DNA of 64,000 bases from Haliotis rubra (lineage: Eukaryota): assembly GCF_003918875.1 (NCBI RefSeq), contig NW_025767288.1, positions 620,001 through 684,000 of the forward strand, given 5' to 3'. The position numbers and the translations under genes are program-made. Below are positions 13,215-26,015 of this stretch, piece by piece. Each line of letters begins with the position of its first letter. Position 1 is the stretch's first letter. Under the pieces are notes generated by a model. It saw nothing but the letters and a program-made list of their open reading frames with translations, was not told the origin of the DNA and did no database searches.

Positions 13215-13697
13215 CCATCTGGGGAGTACAGTTAAGCTGTCTTCGAGGCGCAAAAGGGTGTCACATGACCACGTCATCCTATCGGGTACCCATTTACTGC
13301 TAGGTGATCAGACACCACATGTGAACATGCACTTCAGCGTGATGCAGAACAGAAGACCTAGGAACTCTGACCCGTGAAGATACGGGTTAGAATTGGTCTT
13401 CAGTAACCCATGCTTGTCGTAAGAGGCAACTAATGGGACAGGCTGGTCAGGCTCGCTGACTTGGTTGACACATGTCATCGTATCCCAATTGTGTAGATCG
13501 ATGCTCATGATGTTTTCACTGGATTGTCTGGTCGAGACTCGATCATCTACAGACCGCCGTCATAAAGCTTGAATATTGCTGAGTGCAACAACCAACCAAC
13601 CAACCAACCAACCAACAACCTAGAATCTCTCAGAGGCCAAGCTGAAGGTCACGGTCACCCATCCACCTTATCCGCGACCAACGCAGGTTAACTTCGC
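13215..13697 (-). mobile_element. 5S-derived SINE3 interrupted by a family A insertion
   Basis: Minus strand GAAGTTAACCTGCGTTGGTCGCGGATAAGGTGGATGGGTGACC (5S boxes A and C); CORE-like TCACCTAGCAGTAAATGGGTACCC on the other side of the insert. Confidence 0.75.
13370..13617 (+). mobile_element. Family A retroposon, full length, (CAAC)n tail
   Basis: Starts ACCCGTGAAG; degenerate TSD CCTAGGAACTCT / CCTAGAATCTCT. Confidence 0.93.
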
Positions 13698-14040
13698 CTA
13701 ATTTTACAGGACCACGTGCACAGGATCAGCTGCCGCTCATTTCTAGAAAACGTCGTAGATAAATCATTTATTGTCCCATAATGGCAACGAAATGTCACTC
13801 ATGTGGGTGAGATGAGATAATAATAAAAGACCACCGAGGTAGCTGACATTCAAATGATGATAAATTAACCTTCTCCTTCCAAAAAATGATATTGTGATTT
13901 GATTTTCTAAAAGAGTAATTGCGCACAACATGCTATATATCCTGTCCCATGTTATGTAACCTATCTTATGTCATGTAATCGTATTTTATACTCAGAAATA
14001 AGGCCATTGCCAAATCATGTGTTAGTTAAAAGACGACTAT

Positions 14041-14200
14041 GAGTGAGTGCGTTTAGTTTAAGGCTGCGTTTAGATACTTACCAGCAATATCACGGCGGGG
14101 GACACCAGAAATGAGCTTCACACATTCTACCCATGTGGGGAATCGAGCCTTGATCTTTGGCGTGACGAGCAACCGCTTTAAACACTAGTCTACCCCCAAC
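14041..14200 (-). mobile_element. Family B SINE
   Basis: CACCAGAAATGAGCTTCACACATT...GGGGAATCGAG. Confidence 0.85.
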
Positions 14201-14269
14201 CCCCCAACCCCGACCCTATTTCACAAAGACAGGCTTAACTGCATTTGAGGCAGTCATGAAACCACACAT

Positions 14270-14395
14270 ACATGTCCAAATTACGTAGATCTGCCCTCAT
14301 CATGTAAGTCAATGGTTCGTCTGGTCCAGACTCGATTATTCACAAACATTCGTCACATGGCTTGAATATAATAGTGTTGCGCTAAACAGCAAACA
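14270..14395 (+). mobile_element. Degenerate 3' half of family A
   Basis: GTCTGGTCCAGACTCGATTATT. Confidence 0.65.
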
Positions 14396-16285
14396 CACAT
14401 ACACACATAAGGCATTTCGTTGACATGTCATTGATATTATGTACATTTGCAGTCGGGTAGGCATGCGAGTAAGAGGCTACGTTAACACGACGCCTAACTG
14501 TTCCCGCACAGAGGCAAAGGTCGAGCTCAATAACTTTCGAAAATGTGATGAATTTGGTCTGTTGTGACGATTGACGTCACACTGCTTCATCGAGGACAAT
14601 ATGTCATCCACTGTTCAAGACTTCATAAAATGATAACATGTTATCTTTCTGTGGATATTTTGTTTCTCGAGATTTTCTTGCTTAAAATGAAGAATAAGAT
14701 AAAAACACGATCGAAACTCGGAATTATGGATTGTCTGTCTCTCGATAATGACGGGTGTTAGGACCTCGTGGAGGACCATTCCTTCACTCGGGTCAAAAAC
14801 ATGTCATCCGTGATTTCACGGAGCTCTTTGAGTAGTCTGTAAATATTACATACGTCATCCACCTATCAGTCTCCTGTCGATGCCGAGACTGAACGAGTCC
14901 CCTTTCATGTTCCCCTTTAGGAATTTCGGAAGCATCTCTTTCCAATATTATCTTCATCAGGTTCCTGGCCTCTTTGAAGGCCAGATTCCTTTACGCGTTA
15001 TTTCTGACACCACGATAAGAGCAATCTGTGGTCAGATGGCACGGAGCCTGATATAACGGACATACATAAACAAGAAGAATTGTTTGGAGGTTGATGACTG
15101 AAGACGTCATGGAAACACTTCGCGACCTCAAAGCATCCTTTGTTGAAAGTTCATCCCTTGACTCAATGTTGTTTTATAAATCAGTTTCAGTTTTATATAT
15201 CGGGTTAAACAACTCTGGCATGTAGATTAAAGCTGATTTATTATATACAACACAGTTATGTCACTTCTATAGTAGACGCCACTCCAGAAACCCTAATGAG
15301 CGACAGCACCAAGGTTAAAGGCTAAAAACACACTTCCGTCGGGCTCGACGTTTGATATAGAGACTCTTGAGAGTATGTTCCACATGTTATTAATTATACA
15401 TTAAGATTTAGTTCCAACATAAACATATCATATGTCATGTCATTTACTACATCTTGCCACAGAGAAATACTCGGTTGGATCGTCTTTAATATACTTATCC
15501 TCATATCTACAGAGCGGCGCTGAACAGCACACAAACAAACAGATCTGCAGCCTTTGTTTTGTTGTCTGCCTTCAAGTATGTTGACGCCGATTATCAGTCA
15601 GTACACTGTTCATTTCTGCGGAAGTACTCTGCTCCATAAAATGGTAATATTTGCTGTTTGATTCGATTAATGTAGGGCTAAGACAAGGTTTAAATACTTC
15701 AGTCTGTAAATTTCACAGGAGCCATTTTGTCACGAGACATGATTCCACTGGGGCTGGAGGAAAGTCGCATTAATACAGAGTCGCACTTTGTCTATGGGCC
15801 AGCAGCCGTACTAATTTGGAGGCGCATTAATCTGAGGATTTACAATAGTTGATATATATGTATCGAAATGATGCATGCTTTTGTCCTTTTACCATCGTGA
15901 ACTAGAAATGAAACCTTTAGCACTGTTTGGTAACATTTAACGTACGCTGTAAGCTGTGCCTGCTCAACAAGCTGTTGCCAGCTGCACTGCGTCAGTTGTC
16001 CCTGTGATTTACTTCCTCGGTCTACAGCAGCTTGTAACAACTGCCTATCATGTATACACGGTCTTAATGTCGCCATAATGCTTTTGTATGGTGTCGAATG
16101 ATAGTTGGTGTATAACCTAGATGAACCGTTCTTGTCTTGAAACATGTTGAAGACATGATTTGATACAAACATAATGGAATTTCTTTATAATTGTTCTTCT
16201 TCCCTGTTAAAGCTAATGAATCTTATCCGGAACTTGTGAATCCTATTCCACTTACCACATATATTCGGCTATTCAAGTACACCCT

Positions 16286-16459
16286 TAGACTAACAACTAG
16301 TCTCTGAAATGAACATATTTTACTGAAAAAAGTTCATAGTAAAAAAAAAAAAATATAATGAAAAGGAGCCCTGAGACTTTCTTCATTGACTTGCCACATT
16401 TTCTAGACTTGCGTGGGCTTTCTTGGATATATTTGCTTCAGGGTCTGTACGACAGACTA
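16286..16459 (+). mobile_element. Family C-related MITE subfamily (TAG...CTA, 9-bp TSD)
   Basis: TAGACTAACAACTAGTCTCTGAA ... CGACAGACTA; TSD GTACACCCT / GTATACCCT. Confidence 0.85.
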
Positions 16460-16569
16460 GTATACCCTTACAAGAGTTTAAAAAAAGTGTTAATGGCCAT
16501 GTCTAAATATATGTGCTAAAAAACCTATACTGATGGTAAGAAATAAGTGACCAGCAATACATGGGTTAT

Positions 16570-16770
16570 TTGACATTTGTCTGTATTGTTTAACGCACTC
16601 AGTTTCATCCAGTCATATGACGATGCTCTATGAATAACTTAAGAGTCTGGACCAGACAAACCAGTGATTGATATTATGAACAATGATGCACAATAACACG
16701 CTTTCAACCAAGTTAAACTAAGCTGCCTCCTGCGAATAGCAGAGCCAGGAACCATTCTAGAGTGGAATTC
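16570..16770 (-). mobile_element. Old degenerate family A copy
   Basis: GAGTCTGGACCAGACAAACCAGTGAT...TCAACCAAGT. Confidence 0.6.
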
Positions 16771-17376
16771 CCACGTATATTTGGAACAGTGTAGACACCA
16801 GGTACTGATCATATACTCAAAGGCAAATTCTTTGTTGATATAATCAAAATATTGAAATTGGGCAATGTTTGTTTTTACTTATATTCAAATTTATGCTTCG
16901 ATTCCATCAGATAGAGGCCTTTACACAAAACTACCTTCTTTTTTAAGGATTCAATTTAAGAACAGGTGGGTCTTTCATTACATTACAAACTATTAAAAAT
17001 GACTATCTCTGCTGACGCGTAGCTACTCATACAATGAAATGAGACAAGATGGGGGTTGTCGCATTTTCAGCTATGACTAAAATGTGTCAGTATGGTAAAA
17101 CAGTTTGCGTTCCGAGACTTCACAACACGAGAGTTGTCAGCTGTTGATGTCAACGGTTTTACGCGGGTTAAAGACGCAATACCTCGCTAAAAGGTTCTTT
17201 GTAAGTTATTGCTCAGCGTACCAACATGGAATTTTAAAGCACCTGTCTTGACTAGACGGCTTCCTAAACCCCGTCATCATGAATGAACATTTCCTTGACT
17301 TGCATATTGTTCACAAAGATAGAGAACAAACTTGTTTGTGTTTCATTTAAATATTATAACTTAAACTTTGGTCCTC

Positions 17377-17560
17377 TAGTCTGTCATGCAGACCTGAAAT
17401 AAATATACCCAATGCAGCCCTCTAGATTATGTGGCACGTCTAGATTACCACAGTTTCTGAAAATGAAGAAAGTCTCAGGGTTCCTTTTCATTACTGACAT
17501 TTTTTTATATTATGAACTGGTGCTTTTTCATCAAATATGTTTAGACCAGTTGTTAGTCTA
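17377..17560 (-). mobile_element. Family C-related MITE subfamily
   Basis: TAGTCTGTC...TTGTTAGTCTA; TSD TTGGTCCTC / TTGATCCTC. Confidence 0.82.
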
Positions 17561-18266
17561 TTGATCCTCTTTCAGTTTTAATACAAATGATTGCATAATA
17601 TCTAGGTTATAACCTTAACAAATAAAACCATACCTAGAACGTCATATGAAAAAACGTCATGTAACGCCATATACACTTTACACGAAACTTATTATATGGT
17701 GTGTATTTTCAAACAAAGACAACTGTATCAGCATGACCGACAAAAGACCAGCTGATGTTTTGTGCTAATGTTGTCAGTAGAAACAACAGTGTTACAGAAC
17801 GTGTTTACAACTTAACTACATGTATTTTAGTAGCGCGTCTGTGTAATAAAAGTTATTGTTATCTAGACAATAGGCTATAACCATAAAGGAAGGACATAAA
17901 AAAATATGGGACATATACAATGAATGTCCTTTGTATATTATCACTACTTTGACACAAATAATCATATCTGACGTATTTATCCACAACGGTTCTAAGAGAG
18001 GGTGAATGATGAACGAGGGAACGTGACGATCTAAAGTTTTCTGACAAGACAACAATAGTGAGGTTTTAGACATCTTTTACAAAGTGGCGGATGACGGCAA
18101 AGTAGGCTCGCTCACTGGGATTTAAATGGAATTATTTGTTTCAAATTATTTGTTTTATATACAATGTATATTCAAAGACTGAGCGCTACGGTGATCGTAA
18201 GCCTATGTTAACGCATGGCAGTTACGGTGATCTTAAAGATAGATGTGTGAAACGGAGCCCAGGAGG

Positions 18267-18464
18267 TAGGCTAACGCTTAGACTCTGAATATATATAATT
18301 TTGATTGTAACAAAAAGATCCATTTAAATTGAAAAGGAGCCCCAGGGAAACCAGAGATTCAAGAACCGGGGAAATCTAGACTTACTTCGTTTGGGGCTTT
18401 AGCCTTGCAGGGAGGGCTTGGCTGTAGGGAAAATAATATGGTTAAGGGACTGTGAGACAGACTA
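18267..18464 (+). mobile_element. Family C MITE, full length
   Basis: Perfect 9-bp TSD CCCAGGAGG at 18258-18266 and 18465-18473. Confidence 0.92.
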
Positions 18465-19272
18465 CCCAGGAGGACGCAGAGCAAGTGGAAGATGAATCAG
18501 AAAGAGAAACAGAGCTAAACCATCTAGACATCCTCATCATTCACATCAACTGGACATGCTTTAGATTCTTGAAAAAATATCACCACAACACGAAATTTTA
18601 ATAGGCGTTTAAAACTTCCACTGGGGACCTGGGTGTAAGGTCAGGTCAAGGGTTTCAGGTCAATTGAATGTCAACAAACCAGACAAGACATCAAACAGGC
18701 AGACGCTGAAGCCATCTGTCTGTATCGTGATTGCGACATGTTTTGACTGTTTGGGGAGACTGATGTTCTTAATTGGAATCCTCAGTAAACACGTCCAAGA
18801 CATGACGGATTGGTTCATTTCGGAACGCTCATGAGTCGTGTTGGGAAGACTGCACAGCTCACAAGGGAGGACACTGATACTGTTGCCGTTCACAACTTTA
18901 AAGGCAGATCGTTGTGAACAGGATGTTTGTTGATAAGTATTTTCAGCAAATAAGAAAAAAATAATTACAAGCCACGTTTTCAAGAAAAAGAACGGTGCAC
19001 TTGCATTTTAAAAAAAAACAATTTTATGAAGGCAGCAAAAGTTAGGCCTCAGAAAAGCTTTCAGTAAGTTGTCTGTAAACATTGAAGACATTATTTTGAC
19101 GCTGTTGACATAAATAATGCCCAATGCTTTCCCCATTTTGACTTGAGATGTGTCCCCGTGATATAGCCGGGGTTGTACAACGGACTCTGGGTTTTTGATA
19201 AATGTGATGGGTGTTGTCGCCTGAACTTTATTGTAATTATATTTCTTAAGAATTGAAGGAATTACGTACAAT

Positions 19273-19358
19273 TTATCTTGTAGTTTCTTTGAAATTTGAC
19301 AAAGAGTCGGTGTGTTGAGATACCCATGCGTTACCATCATATATGAATAAGACATGAC
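19273..19358 (-). CDS. Tentative phase-1 terminal exon (x-HVLFIYDGNAWVSQHTDSLSNFKETTR*)
   Basis: TTTTATGCAG acceptor; first codons resemble candidate exon 27777-27920 (VLFIYDGNA vs VMFIFDVNA, 20/26 nt identical). Confidence 0.25.
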
Positions 19359-19659
19359 CTGCATAAAACTTTCATTGTTTGATTGCGTATGTATGTGAAT
19401 AGTGGTTATATGACTGAATTTACATATTCATTGCAACAAAAGAACTTAAGGGCAATACAGATCCTTTGAGTTGAAAGCCCATAAATTGATTTTAATGACC
19501 AAGCCCTTTGCTGACAGCTGACAGCAGTTAAAGGTAAGAAAAACACACGAATATTTTCAAAATATTTTCATAATATAACCAACAGAGAAGGTGTCTTATT
19601 ATCTTGAAACAATTAAACAAGCCGATTCCAGTTATAACGCTCATTCTTGTCCCTTAGTG

Positions 19660-19785
19660 TATTGGGTGGTGAACCTTAGTTGGTTGCTGTTGCTCATACA
19701 ATCACTGGTTTGTCTGGTCCGATTCAATTATCTACAGGTCGCTGACCTACAGCTTGAATATTACTGAGTGTGGTTTTAAACAATA
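19660..19785 (+). mobile_element. Degenerate family A fragment
   Basis: ATCACTGGTTTGTCTGGTCC...GAATATTACTGAGTGTGG. Confidence 0.6.
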
Positions 19786-20311
19786 TAACGATGAGATTAT
19801 AACATGTAACATTTACTTCTACGCATCTATGAAAGACAAATGTTATGCGATGGTCTTTTTCATTTTAAATTTTTTTTTGCAAAAGATTGTGTAGGTTTCA
19901 GCAATTATTCATTTTATGTGTATTTCAAACATTCGCCGAATGAATAATTGAGCCATGCATTTCCCCTTTGTCAATGATACTTTCCCACTCGTTTCCTCAC
20001 AGCAATCCTCAAGAAGTTCAGCCCGTCACGGGCAGTGATACAACGTGACACAATATCTGTCACGCTAAGCCTGTCAGGATGAGGTGACAGTTACTCACTT
20101 CCCAACATAGCCAGCCGGAAAAGGTTAAGACTTGGGATGTGGCTACTAAACCACTTAGATGTGGTCACACTTTAACACTGTCATACATGGTGCACTGTTA
20201 AATGTGATTAATACATTTGATACTTAATTAAATACATAGTTGCAGTTTATAACACAATTTAGTCGCTATCAGAGTAACAGTTTGTTCATGACTTGGGGCG
20301 ATGAATTTTAA

Positions 20312-20435
20312 AGTAGCCTAGTGGTTAAAGTCTCTTCTCGCTGAAGACCAGGGTTCGATTCCACACGTTGGTACAGTCGTACCGTGTTATTTCTAGGATA
20401 TTGCTAAAAGCGGCGTAAAACTATATTCACTCACT
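20312..20435 (+). mobile_element. Family B SINE, internally deleted
   Basis: GTAGCCTAGTGGTTAAAG...GGGTTCGATTCC...GCGGCGTAAAAC. Confidence 0.8.
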
Positions 20436-21280
20436 AAATGTTGCTTATTAATGAACATTTGCCCTTGACAAGTATTCCCTCACTCACTATACAAACAATA
20501 TAGATATCTTGACATCACATTGTACAAAAACGGTTAACTTTCCACATCAACGTTTTGATAAAATGACATTTTGCTTTCATTTTCCGTTGACAATAGCGAA
20601 CCTGCGTGACAGCCCTTACACTTCACAGGTAACAAACGTACTGTCGATAATCGGCGACTCCTGAGAAAGCATTGAACGTCGGATGAAAAATATCCATTGT
20701 AATGCCTGGGCCTTTTCCGGGATTAGTCTCAGGTGACAAACTGTTATTTGACATTTTGTATATTATATCTATACACTCGATGTATCACCTGATGATGTGT
20801 GATAATCTTAATTTGTCTCATACAACAAGCTCGATTACACAGCTGTAAATATGTATTTTGCGTAGATACGTTTGAAAGACGACATATACACATTCATGAC
20901 CCTGTATGGCTGGTGTCACCATGTCCTATATCCTGAATCGCTATTTACGCAGCTTACTTCTGTGGTATAGCCAGGAGGCGTAAAACGATAAAAAAAATGT
21001 GTTATTGTCATTCTCTCGTTTTATGGATGTCAGTTGCCTTCGGGAAATGAGAGGTTACGTCATGTAAAATAATATCTCGCTTACCATGGCCAAAGTACAG
21101 ATAAATATGTGGGCAGTAAACTCGGTTATTACGAATTTTTGTTCTTTATAACCGTAGTTCATTATAATTATGCATTTCGAGTAAAATATAGAATAGAATG
21201 GTCAAAAACAGGTCGTCATGTCCGTAAGTTCGTTATAAACGTAGTATACTTATCTACGTCCTCTGTAACATACAGTTTTA

Positions 21281-21448
21281 GAGTGAGTGGGTGAGTTTAG
21301 TTTTACGCCGCTTTAAGCAATATTCCAACAATATCACGTCAGGGGACACCAGAAATGGGCTTCACATATTGTACTCGTGTGGAGAATCAAACCCGGGTCT
21401 TCGGAGTGACTAGCGAAAGCCAAACCTCTAGTCTACCCCGCCGCCCCT
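21281..21448 (-). mobile_element. Family B SINE
   Basis: Full head-to-tail match to the family. Confidence 0.9.
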
Positions 21449-21571
21449 ACCGGTTTAGAGCCTTATTCGTCGGGAAATATTATCTGGAATACCCATGGCG
21501 TCTATTGACTTCGTGGTAAGGCTACAGAATACCGGATACCTTTCGCCATCTTTGAAAGCACGCGAGTTTAC

Positions 21572-22745
21572 TTAGGGTTAGGGTAAGGTTTAGGTTTAGG
21601 GTTACGGTAAGGTTTAGGGTAAGGGTAAGAGTAAGAGAAAGAGTAAGGTAAGGGTAAGGGTAAGGGTAGGGTAAGGTAAGGGTAAGGTAAAGGTAAGGGT
21701 AAGGGTAAGGGGTAAGGGAGTAAGGGTAAGGTAAAGTAGGTAAGTAAGGGTAAGGGGTAAGGGTAAGGGTAAGAGTAAGGGGTAAGGGTAAGAGTAAGAG
21801 TAAGGTAAAGGGTAAGGGTAAAGGTAAGAGTAAGGGTAAGGTAGGGGGTAAGGGTAAGGGTAAGGTAAAGAGTAAGGTAAGGGACAAGGACAAAAAAGGT
21901 AAAAGTAAGGGTAAGGTAAGGACAAAGGGTAAAGGGGGGTAAGAGTAAAGGTGGGGTAAGGGTAAAGGGTAAGAGTAAAGGTGGGGTAGGGTAAGGGTAA
22001 GGTAAGAGTAAAGGTAAGGGTAAGGGGGTAGGGTAGGGGTAAAGGTAAGGTAAGGGTAAGAGTAGGGTAAAGAGTAAGGGTAAGAGTGGGGTAAGGGGTA
22101 AAAGTAAGGAGTAAGGGTAAGGGTAAGTAAGAGTAAAGGTAAAGGTAAGGTAAGGGTAAGGGTAAAGAGTAAGAGTAAGGGTAAAGGTAAAGGGTGGGGT
22201 AAGGGTAAGGTAAGAGTAAAGGTAAAGGTAAGGGTAAGGTAAAGGTAAGGGTAAAAGGGGTAAGGAATGTAAGGGTAAGGTGGGTAGGTAAGGTAAGGGT
22301 AAGGGTAAAGGGTGGTAAGAGTAAAGGTAAGGGTAAGGGTAAGGGAGTAAGGGTAAGGGTAAAAGAGGTAAGGTAAGGGTAAGGTAAGGGTAAGGGTAAA
22401 GGGTAAGAGTAAGGTAAGGGTAAGGGTAAGGGTAAAAATTAAGGTAAGGGTAAGGTAAAAGTAAAGGTAAGGGGTAAAGGGTAAGAGTAAGGTAAGAGTA
22501 AGAGTAAGGTAAGGGTAAAGAGTAGAAGGGTAAGAGTAAGAGTAAGAGTGGGGTAAGAGTAAGAGTGGGGTAAGAGTAAGAGTAAGGGTAAAAGGTATAA
22601 GAGTAAGGGTAAGGTAAGAGTAAGGTAGGGGTAAGGGTAAAGAGTAAAGGTAAGGGTGAGTAGAGTGGGGTAAAAGAGGTAAGAGTAAAGGTAAGGGTGG
22701 AGTAAGGGAGTAAAGGTAAAGTAAGGTAAGGGTAAGGAGTAAAGG
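21572..22745. repeat. (GGGTAA/GAGTAA)n telomere-like microsatellite, left block
   Basis: Directly visible; begins with TTAGGGTTAGGG. Confidence 0.97.
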
Positions 22746-24957
22746 TAAGAGTATTAAGGTAAATAGGATGAGATGGGGTGAAAGTAAGAGAATAAAGAGT
22801 AAGGAATAAGATTAATGGGTAAAGTGCGGAAGTAAAGATTAAGAGTCGTCGGTGGAGTAAGGTAAGGTAAAGATAAAATTAAAGAGATAGGGTAAGAGAT
22901 GCGTTAAGAGATAAATGGAATCGTCACGTCGTCAGGAATAAAATTAGAAGATGCGTCCGTCGTCGAGAGGTCCGAAATAAAATAAAGTAGAGTAAAGATA
23001 CAAAGATGCGAAAAGATCAAATCATCGTCGTCAAAGATAAAGATAAAGCATCGTCATCGATAAAGATAAAGATAGAATAAGTCATCTCACATCCGTCACG
23101 TCGAATCATCACGTCGATAAAGATAAAGATAAAGATAGAAATCATCGTCACGTCAAAGGTAAAGATAAAACAAAGATAAAGTCAAAGGTAAATCGAAATA
23201 AAATTAAAAGTAAAGATAAAATAAAATAAAGTCACGATAAAGATAAATCATCATCAGAATCATCAAGATAAAGATAGAATTAAGTAAAGATAAATCATCA
23301 TCGTCAAAGATAAAGTCATCGTAAATCCGTCGTCGTCGTCGATAAAGTCATCATCACATCGATAAAGATAAAGATCATCATCATCATCCGTCGTCGTCGT
23401 CGTCATCTCATCGTCGTCGAATCATCATCGTCGAATAAAGATAAAGTCATCATCCATCGTCGATAAAGTCCGTCGTCGATAAAGATAAATCATCGTCCGT
23501 CGTCATCGTCGTCCGTCGTCATCCATCGTCGTCATCATCATCCGGAATCGTCGTCGTCATCATCATCCGTCATAAAGATGCGGGATAAGAAGATAAATTG
23601 GATCAAAGATAAAGTCGTCAGCATCGTCAAAGATAAAGTCGAGATCATCATCCATCGTCGTCGTCGTCGTCCGTCATCATCGTCATCATCATCCGTCGTC
23701 GAAATCACGTCGATCGTCGTCAAATTCGTTAATCATCATCCGTCGCCGTCATCCATCCGTCAAAGAATCAAAGGTAGAATCATCATCGTCCGTCGATAAA
23801 GGTCATCGAAATAATCATCGTCGATCGTCGTCGAATAAAGTCGAATCATCCATCAAATCGTCGAAGATCATCGAAGATCCGTCGTCGTCGTAAAGATAAA
23901 GTCGTCGTCAATCGTCATCGTCATCAAAGATCATCCAGGTCGAAGATCATCGTCAAAGTCAAAAGATCGTCGTCGTCATCATCATCCGTCAAAGATAAAG
24001 ATCATCGTTCGTCGTCGTCCGTCGTCATCATCGATAAAGTCAAAGTCGTCGAATCCATCGTCAATCATCTCCGTCGTCATCCGTCGTCGTCGTCATCATC
24101 GTCGAATCGTCATCGTCCGTCTTTCGTCGTCGATCATCGAAATCGTCGTCCGTCATCATCCGTCCGATAAGAATCGTCGATCATCGTCCGTCGAATCATC
24201 AATCCGTCGAGGTCGTCCATCCGTCGTCGAAGTCATCATCATCAAAGGTCGAATCCGTCGTCATCCATCGTCGATAAGTCATCATCGTCCGGTACGTCAA
24301 TCGTCAGTCGTCGTCATCATCGTCAATCGTCACGTCGATCGTCCGTCCGTCGTCGTCGTCGTCCATCGTCGATAAAGATAAAGATCATCATCGTCGTCGT
24401 CCGTCGTCAATCATCATCGTCGAAGTCGTCAGATAAAATCGTCAAAGTCGTCGAAGATAAAGTCGAAGTCATCGAAGTCGTCAGTCGAATCGTCGTCAAT
24501 CCGTCCGTCGTCGTCGTCCGGATCGAAATCATCAATCGTCAAAGATCCGGTCAAATCGTCATAAAGTCGAAATCGTCGAAATAAGATAAATCGTCGTCAA
24601 ATCAATCGTCAAAAGATAAAGGTCGATCAAAGTCGTCGTCGTCAAGTCAATCCATCATATCATCGTCGTCAAAGTCATCGTCAGATAAGTCGTCATTTCG
24701 TCGACAAAGTCGTTCGGTCGAGATCGTCGTCGAAGTCGAATCGTCAAAGGTCGAAGTCAAATCGTCGAACACAGATCGTCGATAAATCGTCGTCGATTCA
24801 TCATCCGTCAAATCAAAGAAATCGATCAAGTCAAAGATGTCGTCGTTCGGTAAAATCGTCGTCGAATCAAAGATCGTCATCATCGTCACGTCGTCGTCGT
24901 CATCGTCGTCGATCGTCGTCGTCAATAAATCGTTCGTCGTCGATCGTCGAAATCGTC
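22745..24957. repeat. Scrambled low-complexity (GTC/ATC/AAAGAT)n block, possibly a sequencing or consensus artefact
   Basis: No stable period; gradual left transition and abrupt right junction. Confidence 0.8.
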
Positions 24958-26015
24958 AGGGTAGGGTAAGAGTAAAGGTAAAGGTAAGGGTAAGGGTAAG
25001 AGTAAGGGTAAGGTAAGGGTAAGGGTAAGAGTAAAAGGTGGGGTAAGGGTAAGAGTAAGAGTAAAGGTAAGGGTAAGGGTAAGAGTAAGGTAAAAGGTAA
25101 GGGTAAGGGTAAAGGGTAAGAGTAAGGTAAAGGGTAAGGTAAGGAATTAAGAGTAAGAGTAAGAGGGTAAGGTAAGGGTAAGGGTAAGGTAAGAGTAAGG
25201 GTAAGAGTAAGTGGTAAGGGTAAGAGTAAGAGTAAGGTAAGTGGGGTAAGAGTAAGAGTAAAGGTAAGAGTAAGGTAAAGGTAAGGGTAAAGATAGGGGT
25301 AAGGGTAAGGGTAAGAGTAAAGGTAAGGGTAAGGGTAAGGGTAAAGAGTAAGAGTAAAGTAAGTAAGAGTAAGGGTAAGAGTAAGGGTAAGGGTGGGGTA
25401 AGAGTAAGGTAAAAGAAAGGTAAAGGTAAGAGTAAGAGTAAGGTAGGGTAGGGGTAAGGAGTAAGAGTAAGAGTAAGGGTAGGGTAAGGGTAAGAGTAAG
25501 AGTAGGGTAAAGGTAAGGGTAAGGTGGGGTAAGGGGTAAGAGTAAGAGTAAAGTAAAGGTAAGGGTAAGGGTAAGGTAAGGTAAGAGTAAGGGTAAGGGT
25601 AGGGTAAGAGTGAGAGTAAGAGTAAGAGTATGGGGTAAGGGTAAGGTAAGAGTAAAGGTAAAGGTAAGGTAAGGGTAAAGTAAAGAGTAAGGAGTAAGGG
25701 TAAGGTAAAGAGTAAGGGTAAAGGGTAAAGTAAGGGGTAAGAGTAAGGTAAGGGTAAGGGTAAGGGTAAGGTAAGGGGTAAGGGTAAGAGTAAGAGTAAG
25801 AGTAAGAGTAAGAGTAAGAGTAAAGGTAAGGGTAAGGGTAAGGGTAAGAGTAAGAGGTGGGGTAGGGTAAGGGTAAAGGGGTAAGGTAAAGGGTAAAAGA
25901 GTAAGAGTAAGGTAAGGTAAGAGTAAGAGGTAAGAGTAAGAGTAAGAGTAAGAGTAAGGTAGGGTAAGGGTAAGGGTAAGGTTAAGTAAGGTTTAGGGCT
26001 ATGGTTATGGTTAGC
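24958..26015. repeat. (GGGTAA/GAGTAA)n right block
   Basis: Directly visible. Confidence 0.97.

Noticed and set aside
13640-13700. 5S rRNA gene
   Set aside because: Only a degenerate internal control region fused to a SINE body
21522-24925. Pro/Tyr/Leu-rich and poly-Asp ORFs
   Set aside because: Products of simple repeats
21572-26015. True telomere or chromosome fusion site
   Set aside because: Single orientation, mostly non-canonical units, bounded by TIRs and a TSD
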